A program made the translations under genes and the position numbers. Positions 18,066 to 27,672 of a stretch of 64,000 bases of DNA are shown here, one piece after another (positions within the stretch are counted from its first letter, which is position 1; the number at the start of each line of letters is the position of its first letter). The stretch spans positions 22,002 through 86,001 of the forward strand of contig CAVXDO010000004.1 of the NCBI GenBank assembly GCA_963760595.1. The letters are read 5' to 3'. The notes under the pieces were generated by a model, which worked only from the letters and a program-made list of their open reading frames with translations, made no database searches and was not told where the DNA came from. The DNA comes from Candidatus Bathyarchaeota archaeon. Lineage in GTDB: Archaea > Thermoproteota > Bathyarchaeia > Bathyarchaeales > Bathycorpusculaceae.

Positions 18066-19775
18066 GTGAACCTGATGGAAAAGTTCGCTCACGATATGGT
18101 CATTGTGGGAGCCGGTTTGGCTGGATTAAGAGCTGCTGTGGCTGCGGCTGAAATAAGCAGCAAATTGGACATAGCTGTGATTTCGAAACACCACCCGTTG
18201 CGTTCGCATTCTGTCTGTGCACAGGGCGGGACCGGTGCGGTGATGCGGGAAAAAGACTCTTTCGATTTGCACGCCTACGATACGGTGAAAGGCGCTGATT
18301 TCCTCGCAGATCAAGATGTTGTGGAATTCTTCGTTAGACAAGCGCCTAGAGAAATCGTGCTTACGGAGCATTGGGGATGCCCCTGGAGCCGCACGGCTGA
18401 CGGCAAGATAGATCAACGCGCCTTCGGAGGGCACAGTTTCCCAAGAGCATGCTTCGCAGCTGACATGACTGGCTTTCACGAAATGCACGCGATTTACGGG
18501 AAGATCTCATCGTACGGGAACATAAAATTCTATGACGAATGGTTCGTTACGTCCCTAATTGTTGAGGACAATACCGTGATAGGTTTGACAGCTGTAGAAA
18601 TGAAAACAGGCATAATGCACGCGCTTCAGGCCAAGTCAGTCGTAATCGCAAGTGGGGGACACGAACGCATATATGAATTTACCACGTTCTCCCACACGAC
18701 CACGGGCGACGGCATGGCTATGGCCTATCGTGCCGGAGCACCTTTGGAAGACATGGAGTTTGTCCAGTTTCATCCAACTGGTTTGGTTCCGCCGGGCGTT
18801 TTGATTACCGAGGGAGCTCGTGGAGAAGGAGGCTACCTTGTCAACGCCAATGGCGAACGCTTCATGAAGCGTTACGCGCCGGAAAAGATGGAGCTGGCTC
18901 CTCGCGATGTGGTTTCTCGGGCTGAACAGACCGAAATTCTTGAAGGAAGAGGGTTGCAGGGTCCCTACGGCCCATACATAGCTTTAGACCTCAGGCACCT
19001 GGGTGAACAGAGAATAAACGAACGGCTGCCGCTCATTCGGGACGTTGCAATCAAGTTGGGCGGAGTCGATCCGGTTAAAGAGTACATACCGGTACGGCCA
19101 GCAGCTCATTACTCGATGGGAGGAATCAAAGCAGACATACGTACCCAAACACCGATAGCGGGACTGTTTGCCTCTGGTGAATGCTCATGCTTGAGTTTGC
19201 ACGGAGCAAACAGGCTTGGCACAAACTCAACGGCAGAATGCCTAGTCTTCGGTGCAGTCTCGGGTGAAGAAGCAGCCAAACACGCTCTGTCGGCCGGGTT
19301 CCATGAGCTTCCGCAAGAGAAGCTGGCAGCGGAGGAAAAACGGGTTTTCAATCAGATCCTAGGAAGCGAAGGCACAGAGAGGGTCGCGGTCATTAGAGAA
19401 GAGATGAGGCACATAATGAACGAGAAAGCTTGGATTTACAGGAGAGGCGACCAGCTTGAAAGCGGCCTGAAAGAAATCAGACAGCTCAGGCAGCGTTTCA
19501 AAAAGATAAAGGTGCAGGACAAGGGCAGGCCGTTTAACACAGGAATGCTGAATGCACTACAGCTTGACTTTATGTTGGATCTCGCAGAAATTACAATGGT
19601 CAGTGCGCTGCCAAGAACGGAGTCGCGCGGGGCGCATTCGAGAACGGATTATCCGAAACGTGATGACCAAAACTGGTTGAAGCACACGCTAGTATACTGC
19701 ACGAAGGATGGACCGAGGCTTGAGTACGGTCCGGTTACGATCACCAGGTGGACGCCTGTGGCGAGAACCTACTAG
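18066..19775 (+). CDS. tfrA: Fumarate reductase / succinate dehydrogenase flavoprotein subunit (TfrA/SdhA type)
   Basis: MVIVGAGLAGLRAA dinucleotide fold, SHSVCAQGG, FVQFHPTGL, HYSMGGI, GANRLGTNS, ESRGAHSR. Confidence 0.9.
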   Translation: MNLMEKFAHDMVIVGAGLAGLRAAVAAAEISSKLDIAVISKHHPLRSHSVCAQGGTGAVMREKDSFDLHAYDTVKGADFLADQDVVEFFVRQAPREIVLTEHWGCPWSRTADGKIDQRAFGGHSFPRACFAADMTGFHEMHAIYGKISSYGNIKFYDEWFVTSLIVEDNTVIGLTAVEMKTGIMHALQAKSVVIASGGHERIYEFTTFSHTTTGDGMAMAYRAGAPLEDMEFVQFHPTGLVPPGVLITEGARGEGGYLVNANGERFMKRYAPEKMELAPRDVVSRAEQTEILEGRGLQGPYGPYIALDLRHLGEQRINERLPLIRDVAIKLGGVDPVKEYIPVRPAAHYSMGGIKADIRTQTPIAGLFASGECSCLSLHGANRLGTNSTAECLVFGAVSGEEAAKHALSAGFHELPQEKLAAEEKRVFNQILGSEGTERVAVIREEMRHIMNEKAWIYRRGDQLESGLKEIRQLRQRFKKIKVQDKGRPFNTGMLNALQLDFMLDLAEITMVSALPRTESRGAHSRTDYPKRDDQNWLKHTLVYCTKDGPRLEYGPVTITRWTPVARTY

Positions 19776-19788
19776 GAGGATGAATGAG

Positions 19789-21354
19789 ATGAGCACGAAA
19801 GTTGAGAAAACCGTTGAATTTAAGATAAGCCGGTTTGACCCTGAACAAAACAGGCACTACGTGTCCTCGTTCAAGGTTCCTATCCGCAAGGGGACGACAA
19901 TGCTTGACTCTCTGCTTTATATCAAGGATAATCTCGACGAGTCGCTTACGTTTAGGCAGTCGTGCAGGATGGGCATCTGCGGGGATTGTGCAATCAACGT
20001 TGACGGGAAGCCGATGTTAGCCTGCTACACGCAGGTGCTGGATCTGGGTGTAGACTCGTTGGTTGTTGAGCCGCTTTCAAACGCTCCTGTTATAAAAGAC
20101 TTGGTTGTTGATATGCAGCCGTTCTTCAGCACTTGCAAGCGAATCAAGACGTATCTGATTAAGCCTGAGGAGGAATTTAAGAAGCCAGATGAGTTTGCAC
20201 AGTCTCCAGCGGATCTTAAGAAGTTCTGGGACTTTACGTTGTGTATAAAGTGTTCGATCTGCAACTCGGCGTGCCCGGCTGTGATTGATGAAAAGTTCCT
20301 GGGGCCTTCTGCGTTGACCTCCACCTACCGTTTTGCCACAGATTCGAGAGACCAAGGCTTGGATGACCGGTTGAAGCCTATGGCGGACAACATTTGGCTG
20401 TGCACGCAGTGCAATTCGTGCACGTTGTTCTGTCCTAAGAAGCTGAGCTGTGCAAACGCGATAGTTGATGATCACGGTTTCTTGGTAGAAGCAGGAAACA
20501 TTCCGAGAACTGTCAAGGACGTCCTTGAGAGCGTCTACAAATATCACAACCCGATGGGAACCTCGCAGGCCAAGAGGATGGACTGGGCTAAGGATCTGAA
20601 TGTCAAAACGTTTCCGACAACTGCGAAGGCTGATGTTCTGTTCTTCGTGTGCTGCTCAGACGTTTATGACATGAGAAATCAAGAAGCCGCCAGAACCATG
20701 GCTTCAGTTTTTGACAAGATGGGCGTTACCTTCGCGACTCTGGGCGCTGAAGAATGGTGCTGCGGGGATCACATGCTCAGAATGGGTGAGAAGGGGCTGT
20801 TTGAAGAGCTTGCAGAACACAATGTTTCCATGTTCAAAAAGTTCGAAGCGGAGAAAATCGTCACGTTGTCGCCGCACTGTTACAACACGTTCAAGAATGA
20901 CAAGCCGTACAGTGACGCTAAGCTTAACGTTCAACATTACACTCAATTCTTGGCTGAAGCTATCCAAAACGGCAGACTCAAACTGTCCAAGCCTCTGAAA
21001 AAGAAGATTGCCTATCACGATCCATGCTTCTTGGGTAAACGCAACGACGTGTTCGATGCACCAAGACAGATTTTGCAGTCGATAAAGGGCGTGGAGCTTG
21101 TTGAAATGAAGAGGTTGAAGCAGAGCAGTTTCTGCTGTGGTGGCGGAGCCGGAAGAGTCTGGACAGAAGACGCCTTACCTGAAAAGAGACCGAGCACCAA
21201 TCGGCTTCAAGAAGCGCTCAGCCTCAACGTTGACACCGTAGCGGTTGCGTGTCCTTACTGCGTGACCACTTTGGAAGACGCCGTGAAAGTGCTGGACGTG
21301 GAAAACAGGATTTCAGTGAAAGACATTCTTGAGCTGGTAAGGGACGCATTGTAA
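19789..21354 (+). CDS. tfrB: Fumarate reductase iron-sulfur subunit fused to a double CCG (HdrB/HdrD-like) domain (TfrB type)
   Basis: The N-terminal half is SdhB-like: CRMGICGDCAINVDGKPMLAC, CIKCSICNSACP, CTQCNSCTLFCP. The C-terminal half has CCG-type motifs: FFVCCSDVYD, WCCGDHM, YHDPCFLG, SSFCCGGGAG. Start taken at ATG 19789, 9 nt after a GGAGG; the alternative is ATG 19780. Confidence 0.85.
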   Translation: MSTKVEKTVEFKISRFDPEQNRHYVSSFKVPIRKGTTMLDSLLYIKDNLDESLTFRQSCRMGICGDCAINVDGKPMLACYTQVLDLGVDSLVVEPLSNAPVIKDLVVDMQPFFSTCKRIKTYLIKPEEEFKKPDEFAQSPADLKKFWDFTLCIKCSICNSACPAVIDEKFLGPSALTSTYRFATDSRDQGLDDRLKPMADNIWLCTQCNSCTLFCPKKLSCANAIVDDHGFLVEAGNIPRTVKDVLESVYKYHNPMGTSQAKRMDWAKDLNVKTFPTTAKADVLFFVCCSDVYDMRNQEAARTMASVFDKMGVTFATLGAEEWCCGDHMLRMGEKGLFEELAEHNVSMFKKFEAEKIVTLSPHCYNTFKNDKPYSDAKLNVQHYTQFLAEAIQNGRLKLSKPLKKKIAYHDPCFLGKRNDVFDAPRQILQSIKGVELVEMKRLKQSSFCCGGGAGRVWTEDALPEKRPSTNRLQEALSLNVDTVAVACPYCVTTLEDAVKVLDVENRISVKDILELVRDAL

Positions 21355-21521
21355 ACAGTCGAGAACTTCGATCTCATTTCTTCTCCTTGCGTCTCTTGAA
21401 GGAATACGGTCAAGCATCGCACAGCTTCTGGTTTGTCGTTGTACGAAACTCGAATTCTATACAGATATATTAATATCAAACATTCAATTTTTCTTACAAC
21501 CAAAGTACGGAGGATAGCGTC

Positions 21522-23381
21522 TTGTTTGGTTATGCTGGACGCGTGCTGCATGTAGATTTAACGTCCGGAAAGACTCACGTTGAAGCCTTGAACGAAGATC
21601 ATGCTCGAAAATACATCGGCGGAATAGGCCTAGGCATGCGATTGTGGGTGGACAATTCCAAAGCTGGAGTTGACCCGTTTAGCCCTGAGAACCCTTTGAT
21701 TTTGGCGACAGGCCCGATATCGGGCACGATGTGGCCCACGGGCGGAAACGGACACGCTTTTGTTTCAAAATCGCCACAGAGCTATGGCGTCGGCGAGGCT
21801 AAGGCCCACGGCTCATTTGGGACAGAGATGAAAAGAGCGGGTTATGACGCTGTGGTTCTTAAGGGGAAGGCCGAGAGACCGGTTTACTTGTGGATTGATG
21901 ACGATGCTGTTCAGCTTCTAGACGCCTCGCAGTTGATGGGTAAGTCGCCTGGCGACACTGAAGACGCGATTAGAGAGGAATTGGGTGATTATTACATTCG
22001 TGTTGCAGCAATCGGTGTTGCCGGAGAGAAGCTGTCTCGGATGGCGTGCATAATAAACGATAAGACGAGGGCGGCGGGAAGAACAGGTTTAGGCGCTGTG
22101 ATGGGATCAAAGAATCTCAAAGCGATCGCCGTTCGCGGAACTAGGGATATCACGGTTGCAAAACTGGACGAGTTCATGGAGTACGTTAAGGAGTTCCATG
22201 AGAGAATGAAGGGCCCTGCAACGCAGAAGTACAGGACTTTGGGCACGCCCGAAAACGTCCTTGTTCACAATTCTTTGTCTTGTATGCCGACTAGAAACTA
22301 TCGTAACTCCCGTTTTGAAGGAGCGGAGAAGGTCAGCGGAGAAAACTTGAATGAGAAATATGTCGCCAAAGTCATCGGTTGCAGTTCTTGCGCTATGCGA
22401 TGCGAACACATGTGCGTGATTGGGGAAGGACCTTACAAGAACACGATGACCAGGATGGAGTACGAAACGCTGTGGGCACTTGGACCGTATTGTGGGGTTG
22501 ACAGGCTTGATGCCATCATAAAGGGAATGGAACTCACAAACTATTATGGCGTGGACGCCATCAGCGCCGGCGTGACAGTTGGCTTCGCTATGGACTGTTA
22601 TGAAACAGGCATATTGACACCGAAGGAGCTTGACGGTATAGATGCGAGGTTCGGCAACGCTGAAGCCATGGTTCAGCTTGTTGAAAAGATCGGTAAACGT
22701 GAAGGCGTTGGCAACTTGCTCGCTGATGGAGCGAAATTCGCTGCAGACAAGATAGGCAAGGGTTCCGAGAAGTTGGCGGCCACGATAAAAGGAGTAGAAA
22801 GCACGGGGTACGATTTGAGATGCCTCAAGACGGCTGCGCTGGGCTTTGCCGTTTCTTTCCGCGGAGCAGATCACAATAGACATGGGGCTTACGCGTTTGA
22901 CGTAAAGGGAAAAGTCAACAGGCTCGTGGCTGAGAAGGGCAGAGGCAAACTTGTCAGGGACATGGAGGATGTCTACAACCTTATCGACTCGTTTATCATT
23001 TGCAAGTTTTCGAGAGGCACGTATTACAAGGAGCTGCCGGACATGGCTAAGCTCTACACGCTGGTAACAGGGTTCGAGATGACGCCTGAAGAACTGAAGA
23101 AGACAGGCGAAAGGATACAGAATCTTGCCAGATTAATCAATGTTAGAGAAGGCCTGAGCAGAAAGGATGATACGTTGCCATGGAAGGTTATGCATGAGCC
23201 GATTCCAGACGAAGGCCCCTCAAAAGGCGCTTACGTCTCGCAAGAGGAGTTAGATCTGCTGTTGGATGACTATTATGAGGCTCGAGGATGGACACGTGAA
23301 GGCGTACCAACGATGGCCAAGCTGAAGGAGCTAGGTATGGACGACCTGATCGGGATAATCCAGAAGAAAGTGGAGGAATAA
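21522..23381 (+). CDS. aor: Tungsten-type aldehyde:ferredoxin oxidoreductase family protein
   Basis: 619 aa. The N-terminus GRVLHVDLTSGKTHVEALNEDHARKYIGGIGLG is typical of the AOR family. Also present are GCSSCAMRCEH (4Fe-4S ligands) and RGADHNRHGAY. TTG start. Confidence 0.88.
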   Translation: MFGYAGRVLHVDLTSGKTHVEALNEDHARKYIGGIGLGMRLWVDNSKAGVDPFSPENPLILATGPISGTMWPTGGNGHAFVSKSPQSYGVGEAKAHGSFGTEMKRAGYDAVVLKGKAERPVYLWIDDDAVQLLDASQLMGKSPGDTEDAIREELGDYYIRVAAIGVAGEKLSRMACIINDKTRAAGRTGLGAVMGSKNLKAIAVRGTRDITVAKLDEFMEYVKEFHERMKGPATQKYRTLGTPENVLVHNSLSCMPTRNYRNSRFEGAEKVSGENLNEKYVAKVIGCSSCAMRCEHMCVIGEGPYKNTMTRMEYETLWALGPYCGVDRLDAIIKGMELTNYYGVDAISAGVTVGFAMDCYETGILTPKELDGIDARFGNAEAMVQLVEKIGKREGVGNLLADGAKFAADKIGKGSEKLAATIKGVESTGYDLRCLKTAALGFAVSFRGADHNRHGAYAFDVKGKVNRLVAEKGRGKLVRDMEDVYNLIDSFIICKFSRGTYYKELPDMAKLYTLVTGFEMTPEELKKTGERIQNLARLINVREGLSRKDDTLPWKVMHEPIPDEGPSKGAYVSQEELDLLLDDYYEARGWTREGVPTMAKLKELGMDDLIGIIQKKVEE

Positions 23382-23385
23382 ACGG

Positions 23386-23895
23386 ATGGTGAAGATTCAC
23401 GAAAGAAAATTCGTTTCGGCAGATCCAGACAAGTGTGTAGGCTGCCAAGTCTGCGAATACGTTTGTTCAGTGACGAAAGAGAAGGCTTTCAATCCGCTGA
23501 AATCCAGGATACGCGTGGTTCGGATAAATCAACTGATAAACTTGGGAGTTACGTGCCGACTGTGTGAAAGCCCGCCGTGCGTTGCTGCTTGTCCGAGGGA
23601 AGCCTTGACGCAGTCTGAAGAGACTGGCCTGATAAATGTGGACAAGGACAAGTGCAACGGTTGCGGATGGTGCATCGAAGCATGTGACTACGGGGCCATT
23701 ATGCTGCATCCAGACAGCAAAGTCGTTTACGTCTGCGACTTGTGCAAAGAAAAAGGAGAACCTCAATGCATCAAGTGGTGCCCAGAAGAAGCCTTGGAAC
23801 TTGTTACGAGCGACGTTCTGGCTCAGAAGGCGAGAATTACAGCAGTCAAGAAGCTGTTCCAAGAAGCCATAGAAGAGACTCGAACAAAACCTTAG
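23386..23895 (+). CDS. 4Fe-4S multi-cluster ferredoxin-like electron-transfer subunit
   Basis: CVGCQVCEYVC, CRLCESPPCVAACP, CNGCGWCIEAC, CDLCKEKGEPQCIKWCP. It starts 5 nt after aor. Confidence 0.8.
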   Translation: MVKIHERKFVSADPDKCVGCQVCEYVCSVTKEKAFNPLKSRIRVVRINQLINLGVTCRLCESPPCVAACPREALTQSEETGLINVDKDKCNGCGWCIEACDYGAIMLHPDSKVVYVCDLCKEKGEPQCIKWCPEEALELVTSDVLAQKARITAVKKLFQEAIEETRTKP

Positions 23896-24015
23896 TTTTA
23901 ACAGGAAATCTCGTAGAAATCTTGTCCGTGTTTCTTCTAGTTTCATCTCTTGCGCTGTACGAGCTACTACTGTCTTGGAAGAGCTAGAATCTTGCCGATT
24001 CTTCTTGAGTCATAG

Positions 24016-26079
24016 CTATGCCTTCTCCCCAAAGTGTTTGGCTACTTTGGATATGTCGATGATGTTGATAATCTCGTTCATGTCCATGTCTGCCATTTGA
24101 TTCCAGTGTGGGTCTCCCGGCCTGCAACCGAACGCCCTTGACACCGTTGATACGTCGATGATGTTCACGAATCCGTCCTTGTTCAAGTCTGGGTTGAGGG
24201 TGTAACCTGATTCATAGCGTTCGAAAGGGTATATCAGGGGATACCTGTCTGTGTTGTTTTCATCTATTTTGTAGGGGGCGTCTCCAATCTTGTCTTTGTT
24301 TTCGTCCGCAGGGTTGAAGCTGCCCCAGTAGTTGCCTCCAGAGGGATAGTCATTATCCCACGAGTTGGCATCGCCAGGCATGGTCACATGCACCTGCTCG
24401 GAGTTGTCTACGAAGTTGTTATGATAGACGGAATTTCTTGAAGACCGGTATACCAGGACGCCCATGCGATTGTGTCGTATGTTGTTTGCGACTACGGTGT
24501 TGTTGGTTGACTCGCCAAGCCATATACCGCTCCAATCGTCTGTTATGGTGTTGTTCGTTGCTGTGCTGCTGTTTGTTCCCTGCAAAAGCAAGCCTGTCAC
24601 CGTGTCGGACAGGGTCAGATCCTTCACTGAGATGTTGTTGCAGTTGACTAGGATTACCTGCCCAGCGTCAGTGACGCTGTTGTCTGAGACGTTCTCAAGA
24701 TAGACCAGAGGTTTGCCGTTTACGGTGTTGTCTTTCACAACGTTTCCGAAAGAAGAGGTTACAAACAAGCCACTGCCGGCGAAAGCGTTTTTTGCAATGT
24801 TGCAGTTTGACGAGTAATGGAGCTCGATGCTATTCGTCATTTCGTTTTCAGTTACGTTGTTGCCCGAGGAATGCCAGAGGTAGATGCCATTCTGCCCGAC
24901 GGGCGTTATGGTGTTCATGGCTATCGTTGAGTCTGTTGTGTAAGCCAGCAGTATGTCAGGTGAGTTGTTCTTCAGGTTGAGGTTTTGGACGGTTATACGT
25001 GTGCAGTTTGCGAGGGCAATGTATCCGGCGTCCGATGGAATTACCTTTTCTTTCTCGTTTATCAGGTAGTAGATGGGTTTGCCTTCTATGGTGTTTGAGA
25101 CATCAATGTCGTTTAGATAGTCTGAAAGACTGGAACCGTGGACATAAAAGTTGGCTGCGTTTCCAGCCATTGTGTTGTTCTTGAGAACATTGTTTGAAGC
25201 ATAATCGAGTATGATTCCACCTCCTGCGGAAAGATAGATGCCTGGTCCGTTGTTTGTTATGGTGTTTCCAGAAATAGTGTTGTTTGAAGAGTAAACGAGA
25301 CTGATGCCGTAAACGTTGTTTGTTACGTTGTTCTGGGTTATTGTGGAGTTAGTTGTGTATGCGAGGAGTACGCCTTCACCGTTGCTTGTGAAGTTTAGGT
25401 CTTGCACTTTTATGCCGGTGCAGTTTACGAGAGCCACGTATCCAGCGTCCAATGGGAGAAACATGTTTCTCTTATCGACCCAGTAGTAGACCGGCTTACC
25501 GTCTACTGTATTACTTGCATCGACGTAATTCACAAAATCTGAAAGGTCTAAACCATCGACGTCGAAGTTGTACCCATTGCTAGCCATTGTGTTATTCACA
25601 AGCGTGTTGTTTGAAGAATCGGAGAGATAAATGCCACGTACGTAGTTGTTTGTTACGTTGTTTCCAGAAACTGTGTTGTTTAAAGAGGAACTGAGTCCGA
25701 TGCCGAGATCGAAGCCTTTGATTTGCGCGTTCCTGACTGTCACGTTTGTTCTTTTGGATAAGTCTATTCCTGTTCCACTTCCTGCTCCTTGGAGCGTGTA
25801 TTCGTTTCCGTCTATTACTATGTCACTCCTCTCTACGACGAGGGGGGCATTGATGTTCGCAACAAAAACGTAAGTAACGTTATCAGCGGTCTGAATGTAT
25901 GTCGTTCCCTCAACGCTTCCGTCAGCCCTAATGTAAATTGTTCCGAATCCGCTGACTTGTCGAGTCTCGAAGGCTAGCATGAGTGTAGCTAATAGAATCA
26001 ACAGTGGCAATAGTGAGGCAGTAGTTCTTCTTGGCAAACTCCTTTCGCCAAACAAGTATGGTTTTACCAAGAAATACAT
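24016..26079 (-). CDS. Secreted right-handed parallel beta-helix (NosD/PbH1-like) repeat protein with C-terminal dockerin-like module
   Basis: N-terminal hydrophobic signal LLPLLILLATLMLAF. Many repeats of the type N-N-T-(I/V)-x-x-N. A conserved DNDYPSGGNYW...DRYPLIYPF block. C-terminus is PDLNKDGFVNIIDVSTVSRAFGCRPGDPHWNQMADMDMNEIINIIDISKV. Confidence 0.85.
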   Translation of the reverse strand: MYFLVKPYLFGERSLPRRTTASLLPLLILLATLMLAFETRQVSGFGTIYIRADGSVEGTTYIQTADNVTYVFVANINAPLVVERSDIVIDGNEYTLQGAGSGTGIDLSKRTNVTVRNAQIKGFDLGIGLSSSLNNTVSGNNVTNNYVRGIYLSDSSNNTLVNNTMASNGYNFDVDGLDLSDFVNYVDASNTVDGKPVYYWVDKRNMFLPLDAGYVALVNCTGIKVQDLNFTSNGEGVLLAYTTNSTITQNNVTNNVYGISLVYSSNNTISGNTITNNGPGIYLSAGGGIILDYASNNVLKNNTMAGNAANFYVHGSSLSDYLNDIDVSNTIEGKPIYYLINEKEKVIPSDAGYIALANCTRITVQNLNLKNNSPDILLAYTTDSTIAMNTITPVGQNGIYLWHSSGNNVTENEMTNSIELHYSSNCNIAKNAFAGSGLFVTSSFGNVVKDNTVNGKPLVYLENVSDNSVTDAGQVILVNCNNISVKDLTLSDTVTGLLLQGTNSSTATNNTITDDWSGIWLGESTNNTVVANNIRHNRMGVLVYRSSRNSVYHNNFVDNSEQVHVTMPGDANSWDNDYPSGGNYWGSFNPADENKDKIGDAPYKIDENNTDRYPLIYPFERYESGYTLNPDLNKDGFVNIIDVSTVSRAFGCRPGDPHWNQMADMDMNEIINIIDISKVAKHFGEKA

Positions 26080-26214
26080 TTTTCGGTACTCATCATCTTG
26101 GGCACGTGGTCAATCTTCGTTCGACGTCTTAGAGCGCTCTTCTGCTGTAGGCATAAAGATAAAATACATGGGGTTCATTAACGACATTCTGGCTGTGGCA
26201 TTGCGGGATGGCTA

Positions 26215-26811
26215 ATGAGTTCAGTGAAACGGGGAAGACCGCGAAAGTTTCAATGGGTCGAGTCCAAGGGCATCGGCGAAAATCACTCGGCTGAAGCGCA
26301 GTTTCTGAAGTTTGCGAGTGTCAATAATCCTTTCATGGCGCGGGTTGCGTCGAACGGTTGTCCTCAGTGCAAGAGCAAGGACTTCAGGCTTCGTCACGAC
26401 GAAAAATTCGGAAACATAAGATTCTATTGTCAAGAATGCGGATATGAGACTTCATTTCACATAAAGAAGCCGACGAGAGATCAGCTTAGTGTGATACCGG
26501 TCTACGATGGTCAAGGTTTGCTCGTTGACGAGAAAGTCGTGGACGTGTTTCATGAGCAGACGGAGCGAGAAACTGCTGATTCAAAGGTGTCAAGGGCGGA
26601 GCAGAGGCTGGATTTGGGCGGCGAGTGGTTTGATGGCGTTTCGGGAATGGAAACGCAGAATCGGTGTCTGACCCGCGAGGAGGCGATTGAACGTATCAGG
26701 AAAAGGCAGATGAGAGCCCAAATTGCGAAGTTGCTCAAGGGAATCGAGGAGGACATTAGAGATGACCGAGTGGCTTCAATAGAAGCAGACATGTCATCTG
26801 ATGAGGTCTGA
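26215..26811 (+). CDS. Hypothetical zinc-ribbon protein
   Basis: 198 aa with a basic N-terminus KRGRPRKF, a CPQC...(18 aa)...CQEC ribbon, and an acidic/coiled C-terminus. No family recognised. Confidence 0.5.
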   Translation: MSSVKRGRPRKFQWVESKGIGENHSAEAQFLKFASVNNPFMARVASNGCPQCKSKDFRLRHDEKFGNIRFYCQECGYETSFHIKKPTRDQLSVIPVYDGQGLLVDEKVVDVFHEQTERETADSKVSRAEQRLDLGGEWFDGVSGMETQNRCLTREEAIERIRKRQMRAQIAKLLKGIEEDIRDDRVASIEADMSSDEV

Positions 26812-27289
26812 TTTTCTGTAATATAGGTGAGGAAGAAATAATCCTTTTTGGCGCGCACAGTCACTTTTACGATGTCCTTATCATATCCTTGTTGTCTGTC
26901 GCTCGCTCAGTTTCAAAGCTCCGCATCCACTTTGTGCATGGGCTCTTTGGGATGTTTGACGTCCAGCCTTTCTCGGTGCGTGCCAAATATGTCTTGTTGT
27001 GTTGGTAGTGTGGTTTCCGGAAAAAGGGTTTAAGGATTGGAGGTTCGACGAGGAAATCGACCGGAAATATCGGAGTGCGAAGTCGTGCTGTTTGGTCTCA
27101 GTAGCGGTAGAATGCGTGAAGTGAATTGTTGGACCGAGAGGTGGGTAACTGGTTTTCGTTGACCTGGTGAATGACCGGTTTGGTATCTCTTTCAGTCGTA
27201 ATAGCGCGCGCTAAGCAATGGTAAATTATCGCTTTCATATTGGATTCTTTTCAAACCTATCCATAGCATGAGAGGAGAAGTCAGAGAAA

Positions 27290-27397
27290 GGTTTGGGAGG
27301 CAAAGTTTTACCTTATGTGTGTAATGCTTCTGGATTCGTGACATTAGCCGATCGATCGAACAGAAGAGTTTCAATTGAAAACTTTTCCAAACTAAAC
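27290..27397. repeat. Inverted pair of the GGTAAAGTTTTATC-family motif bounding about 55 nt
   Basis: 27290-27321 is GGTTTGGGAGGCAAAGTTTTACCTTATGTGTGT. 27377-27397 is GAAAACTTTTCCAAACTAAAC, whose reverse complement is GTTTAGTTTGGAAAAGTTTTC. The arms match at roughly 15 of 21 positions by eye. Confidence 0.6.
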
Positions 27398-27672
27398 AAT
27401 CAGTCAGTTCTTTAATTCCGCAGTGCGCCGAGATTTGAGAAGCTTCAAAGTCGTATCAAACAATTCGCTGGAAAATGCATCGTAGGTGGCGGCAGATAGC
27501 AGTCCTTTCAAATGACAACAGAAGATCGTTCCACAAGTGTTAATTTTGGAGCGCACGCTAGTGGAGATGCTCCCGAAATGCCCTTTCTTGTTCTGTCTAT
27601 GCAGACTCGGTCGAATATTGTTCCACAAGAGTTATCTTTTGGGTTTACCATATTGGATCAAGAGGGAAGAAA

